The position numbers and the translations under genes were made by a program. Below, piece after piece: positions 60,281-64,000 of a stretch of 64,000 bases of DNA. The stretch's first letter is position 1. Each line of letters starts with the position of its first letter. Source of the stretch: a virus (Duplodnaviria; Caudoviricetes); IMG/VR virus record IMGVR_UViG_3300021426_000004, positions 84,118-148,117 of that record. One strand, written 5' to 3'. The notes under the pieces were generated by a model. That model was not told the DNA's origin, did not search any database, and saw only the letters and a program-made list of their open reading frames with translations.

Positions 60281-60493
60281 GTGGTTAATGTGGAATATGT
60301 CGAATTAGAATTGGATGCCTCAAGAAAGGGGTGGCGATGCAGTGGCTGTGGACTTCAAATCGATTGCATCGGCCGCCCCATCTTTGGGGATGCACCATGG
60401 TCAATCAAACCTAAAACAAATACTTGGATAGAAAACAAACCTAAATTTGTATACTGTCCAAAGTGTGGAGAAAAGGTAAAACCTCATGGCTAA
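60281..60493 (+). CDS. Small Zn-ribbon protein
   Basis: CSGCG...YCPKCG. Confidence 0.7.
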   Translation: MVNVEYVELELDASRKGWRCSGCGLQIDCIGRPIFGDAPWSIKPKTNTWIENKPKFVYCPKCGEKVKPHG

Positions 60494-61037
60494 AAAAAAG
60501 GAGAGTCCACAGCCAAGTATAGTTTTTCCTGAAAAATATATGGTACTCGGAGCAGACCTGAGCCTTAAACGACCCGGGTTTTGTTTATTATCTGTAGATA
60601 ATGGCACAATCAAAGTGAATCAATTGTTATCTGTAGATAATAAAACAGACAAGAAAAAAAGTCATGGTCAATTGTTGGAAGAAATCAGAACAGCTTTTAC
60701 TGATTTACTGTACGGAAAAACAAATGAAACAATATTCTTTGTACGAGAAACGGAAGTTCTGCACATGAAAGTCCCTTCTGAACGGAACGTTTCCAAAGTT
60801 GTAGGATTAATGGATTGGATATTGTGGAAAACTGCACAGTTGGAGTGGCAAAGCATTTACCCCGTCACAATAAAGAAACTCGTAGCTGGTTCAGGCAAAG
60901 CTGAAAAATCAGAAGTAGCTGACGGTTTAGAAAAGTATGTCGGCAAACAGGAATATAAATGCGACGATGAATCAGATGCTACAGCTGTCGCAATTGCCTG
61001 GCTGATCCAACAAGGACAAATAAAGGAGTTACCATGA
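60486..61037 (+). CDS. ruvC: RuvC-like Holliday junction resolvase
   Basis: LGADLSL..PG, VRE, P.TIKKLVAGSGKAEKSEV, DDESDA. Confidence 0.85.
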   Translation: MAKKKESPQPSIVFPEKYMVLGADLSLKRPGFCLLSVDNGTIKVNQLLSVDNKTDKKKSHGQLLEEIRTAFTDLLYGKTNETIFFVRETEVLHMKVPSERNVSKVVGLMDWILWKTAQLEWQSIYPVTIKKLVAGSGKAEKSEVADGLEKYVGKQEYKCDDESDATAVAIAWLIQQGQIKELP

Positions 61038-61306
61038 GCAAAATTACATATATATACAGACTTGAAGCAGGCTATGCGCATAATGAATTTCCAGAAGTTA
61101 TTGAGTTTTTTTATGCGCGTAACAGCAAGCGCTTAATTAAATATGCGCAAAATATATATAAGGATAAAAAATATAATAAATATAAAACTATAAAAGTTGG
61201 AATATCAAAAAACCCTGAAGAGATGCGTTTAATCTCAGATTTCGAGGGCATGCAGCTAAAAAAATATTATACGGCAGATGCCTACGCAGAAAGAGTTGAA
61301 TCATAA
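61034..61306 (+). CDS. Hypothetical protein
   Basis: Coupled ORF. Confidence 0.65.
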   Translation: MSKITYIYRLEAGYAHNEFPEVIEFFYARNSKRLIKYAQNIYKDKKYNKYKTIKVGISKNPEEMRLISDFEGMQLKKYYTADAYAERVES

Positions 61307-61677
61307 TGAAGGTTATTTTTTTTCAAGTAGATGGCGTTTTAAACTTTGAAGGATCTGATGCTATTGCCCCGTCTGGCAAAATGGGAATAGCTGAATCAAA
61401 GGTAAAGGAACTGAAAAAACTGGTTAATGAATCCGGCGCAAGAATTGTTCTTATCGGCAGCTGGAAAAAAGACTGGGATTTTCATGATGATAAATGTACT
61501 CCTGATGGAACATATCTGAATAAAAAGCTTGATCGAAAAGGTCTCCATATTCTTGATAAAGTACGTGATGATATGGATGACGAAGAAGCTGTTAACGATT
61601 GGATCAGAAGACATCCTAATGTTACACATTCGTGTATCCTTACAAACATGAATGATGTGAGGTGGCATGAATGGTAA
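61306..61677 (+). CDS. HAD-like (RNA-repair type) domain protein, first Asp replaced
   Basis: MKVIFFQVDGVLN instead of FLDxDGVLN; IVLIGSWK. Confidence 0.65.
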   Translation: MKVIFFQVDGVLNFEGSDAIAPSGKMGIAESKVKELKKLVNESGARIVLIGSWKKDWDFHDDKCTPDGTYLNKKLDRKGLHILDKVRDDMDDEEAVNDWIRRHPNVTHSCILTNMNDVRWHEW

Positions 61678-63512
61678 ACGATTATCATGAAATAATCAGG
61701 AATGGCAAAGTGATGTCTGAACTATTCAGAACACACCATATGAATTCTTATGCTGATTACATAGATGATTTATTAAGAGTGATTAAAACTCAGGATAAGA
61801 ATCAGCAAGGACTTATTAAACTGGTTCTTGATTACAGAAGATCTAATAAAAAATACGCAAATCTTCTGGAAAGAATGTACAGAATTCTAAACAGAGGACA
61901 ACAAAACGTTGTGGATCATTGGTTTGTTGAAGAAAGGTGATGCGATACGACTCCGCATGAATTAATTGTAAAGCTTACAAACATCGAAGGACCGTGCATG
62001 CGTATCTGCTGTTATTGTCCAGAGGATTTGAATACTGCAGAGTTTAAAGAGTGCGTGGAAGAAATGTATAAAACAATATATAAGCTCCAAGCTGAAAAAG
62101 ACGAATTGTTAAAAGACTTAATACAGCTGCGAGCTGCATATAAAGAAGCCACTGGCGAAGATTACATTGAAAAGGAGTAGGAAATGGTTATATTTCAGAT
62201 GCCGTACCCAAGGATTTGTTTAAGTTGTATCTATTACGACGGCGATGAAGAGTGTCTTATGAGACATCAGCATCTTACTGAAGAAGCAATATACGATGAA
62301 AAGCCTGAAGAATGCTGGTTAAAGAAAATAACTGATGAAATAGTAACAATTGATAATGAAAAAGTACCAGATGGTGCTGTAATCGATTTGGGAGCAATAG
62401 AAGTCGAACAAGGCATCTTTGTACAAGAAGAAGGAGAAAATGACGATGAGGAAGTATGACATTCCTTATGTGCAAAATGTTGCAGGCAGTCATCCGTTTC
62501 CAATTAAAGAATTGGAAGACATGAGTCTTGAAGAAATCGTTCAGAAACATATAAAAACTTGCGGTAAGGCAAATGGAAATGTTGCTATTTGTTCACAATG
62601 TAAGTCTCCATGCAAGCAGGGGAAAAGGGCTATTCAGCTTCTTGCAAATCAGGTATACGATGATCCACCAATTCCATTGTATGGTGGAAAAACTTTGATT
62701 GAGCGTGCAAAGGAAGAAAACATGAAAAGGCGTCAGGAAATGGAAAAATCCAATATGTCTTCACTTGCGAAAGCAATCAAAGAAGTAAAAGAAGCAGAAA
62801 AGACTGAAAAGAAAACCACCAGAAAGAAATTGGATCTTGGCGAAAACTGGTGGGAGGAATCGCTTGCTTCCGGAGATCAGGTCAAGTGGATTATGGATCG
62901 CACGAATCTTTCAAAGACACAAGCGAAGAAAAAGATTTACCAACACAAATGGTATAAGAACAAAGTAAAAGAAGAAAACAAAACAGAAAACACCAAAGAA
63001 GTAAGAGTTGAAAATGGACCGGTAATTAAAATAGAAGAAAAGCCGATTATTGCACAGGACGCTTCTTTGGAATCCAAGCTTGAAGATTTGATGAGAAAAC
63101 AAGAAGAATTCAAGAAGGAAATGGAAAAATATCAAGCTCTGTATAAGGAAGCAGAGCAAAAATATGAAGATATCAAAAAGAAGACTGATATCTTGTGTAG
63201 TGCTATGGATATTCTAAATGATTAATTTGGAGAGGGCGGCCTCAAAAGCCGCCCTCGACCAATCTTATTTTCCAAAAACATATGTAAAATAATGCAAAGG
63301 ATGTGAATTATATGTGGTTTATTGCGACAGATGCGGACGGCTGTCAACGCTGGATTAACACACAATACATTACATGTATTTTCTTTGATGGTTCTCATAC
63401 AAGAATTGTACTTATGGATACAAGTACTATTTATTTGAATGGCGATCATACGTCTAAAATATCTGAAATCTTACGCTTCACAGGAATAGGAGTGAAAAAA
63501 ATAAATGAGTGA
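61671..63512 (+). other. Hypothetical CDSs (61671-61940, 61998-62180, 62184-62459, 62440-63225, 63303-63512)
   Basis: Packed ORFs; the longest has a Cys motif and a coiled coil. Confidence 0.65.
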
Positions 63513-64000
63513 AACAACAAAAAAGAACAGACTTGAAGAATTTACAAAGCTGTGGAATAAAGTAAGCAGTGGCAAGTTTGACAACAGTCTTGTGATCGAT
63601 AATGAAAAGCTTATGTCATATCTGATTTACGATGGCTTTTTCACAGCTCCAGCAAGCACTAAGTATCATGGAGCATATGAAGGCGGATTATACGATCACA
63701 GCAAGACTGTTGCCGCAAGACTGCAATGGCTTACTACTAATAATAACCTGAAATGGGAGAGACCGGAAAGTCCGTTTATTGTTGGAATGTTTCACGATCT
63801 TTGCAAGTGTGATCAGTATGTTAAAGCTGATGGAGAGAGAGTTAAAGGAACAGACGAACTGATCTACGGCAAAGGATTGTATCACTATGAATATAATCCA
63901 AAGCTGCTCCTTAAAGGACATGGAGCTAAGTCGGTTATGATTCTTTCACAGTTTATTAATCTTACAGAAGAAGAATTGCTGTGTATAAGATATCACATGG
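63505..64000 (+). CDS. HD-domain phosphohydrolase (partial)
   Basis: FFTAPASTKYHGAYEGGLYDHS...MFHDLCK...GHG..S...IRYH; runs off the window. Confidence 0.88.
   Translation, partial: MSETTKKNRLEEFTKLWNKVSSGKFDNSLVIDNEKLMSYLIYDGFFTAPASTKYHGAYEGGLYDHSKTVAARLQWLTTNNNLKWERPESPFIVGMFHDLCKCDQYVKADGERVKGTDELIYGKGLYHYEYNPKLLLKGHGAKSVMILSQFINLTEEELLCIRYHM

Overview
This window is part of a large tailed (Caudoviricetes) phage genome. AGGAGG ribosome-binding sites and RemA-, PcfJ- and YonO-like genes suggest a Bacillota (Clostridia-like) host. Bases 1-6.2 kb (minus strand) hold the start of the packaging/head operon: terminase, portal, tRNA-Asn and a protease/scaffold. The rest is on the plus strand: early gene cassettes, two YonO-like single-chain RNA polymerases (DxDGD motif), many small proteins, a tRNA/tRNA-like RNA region, and a replication module (Sak-like recombinase, SSBs, primase-helicase, DnaE, RuvC, RNA ligase). 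The most striking locus (31.7-33.6 kb) is a stand-alone Cas7/RAMP-like gene and a partner gene flanking a ~680-nt non-coding array. The array has seven 5-nt-periodic (AYA+NN) tracts, most held in long G-U-rich stems, and looks like a non-CRISPR RNA-guided system. Other notable items: a Ubl-E2-JAB-E1 ubiquitin-like operon followed by a retron-like RT with a candidate msr/msd RNA on each side; tRNA-scaffolded RNAs with large insertions; three recurrent promoter-like motif classes; and two C-terminal peptide motifs shared by unrelated small proteins. All calls come from reading motifs by eye; no searches were run.
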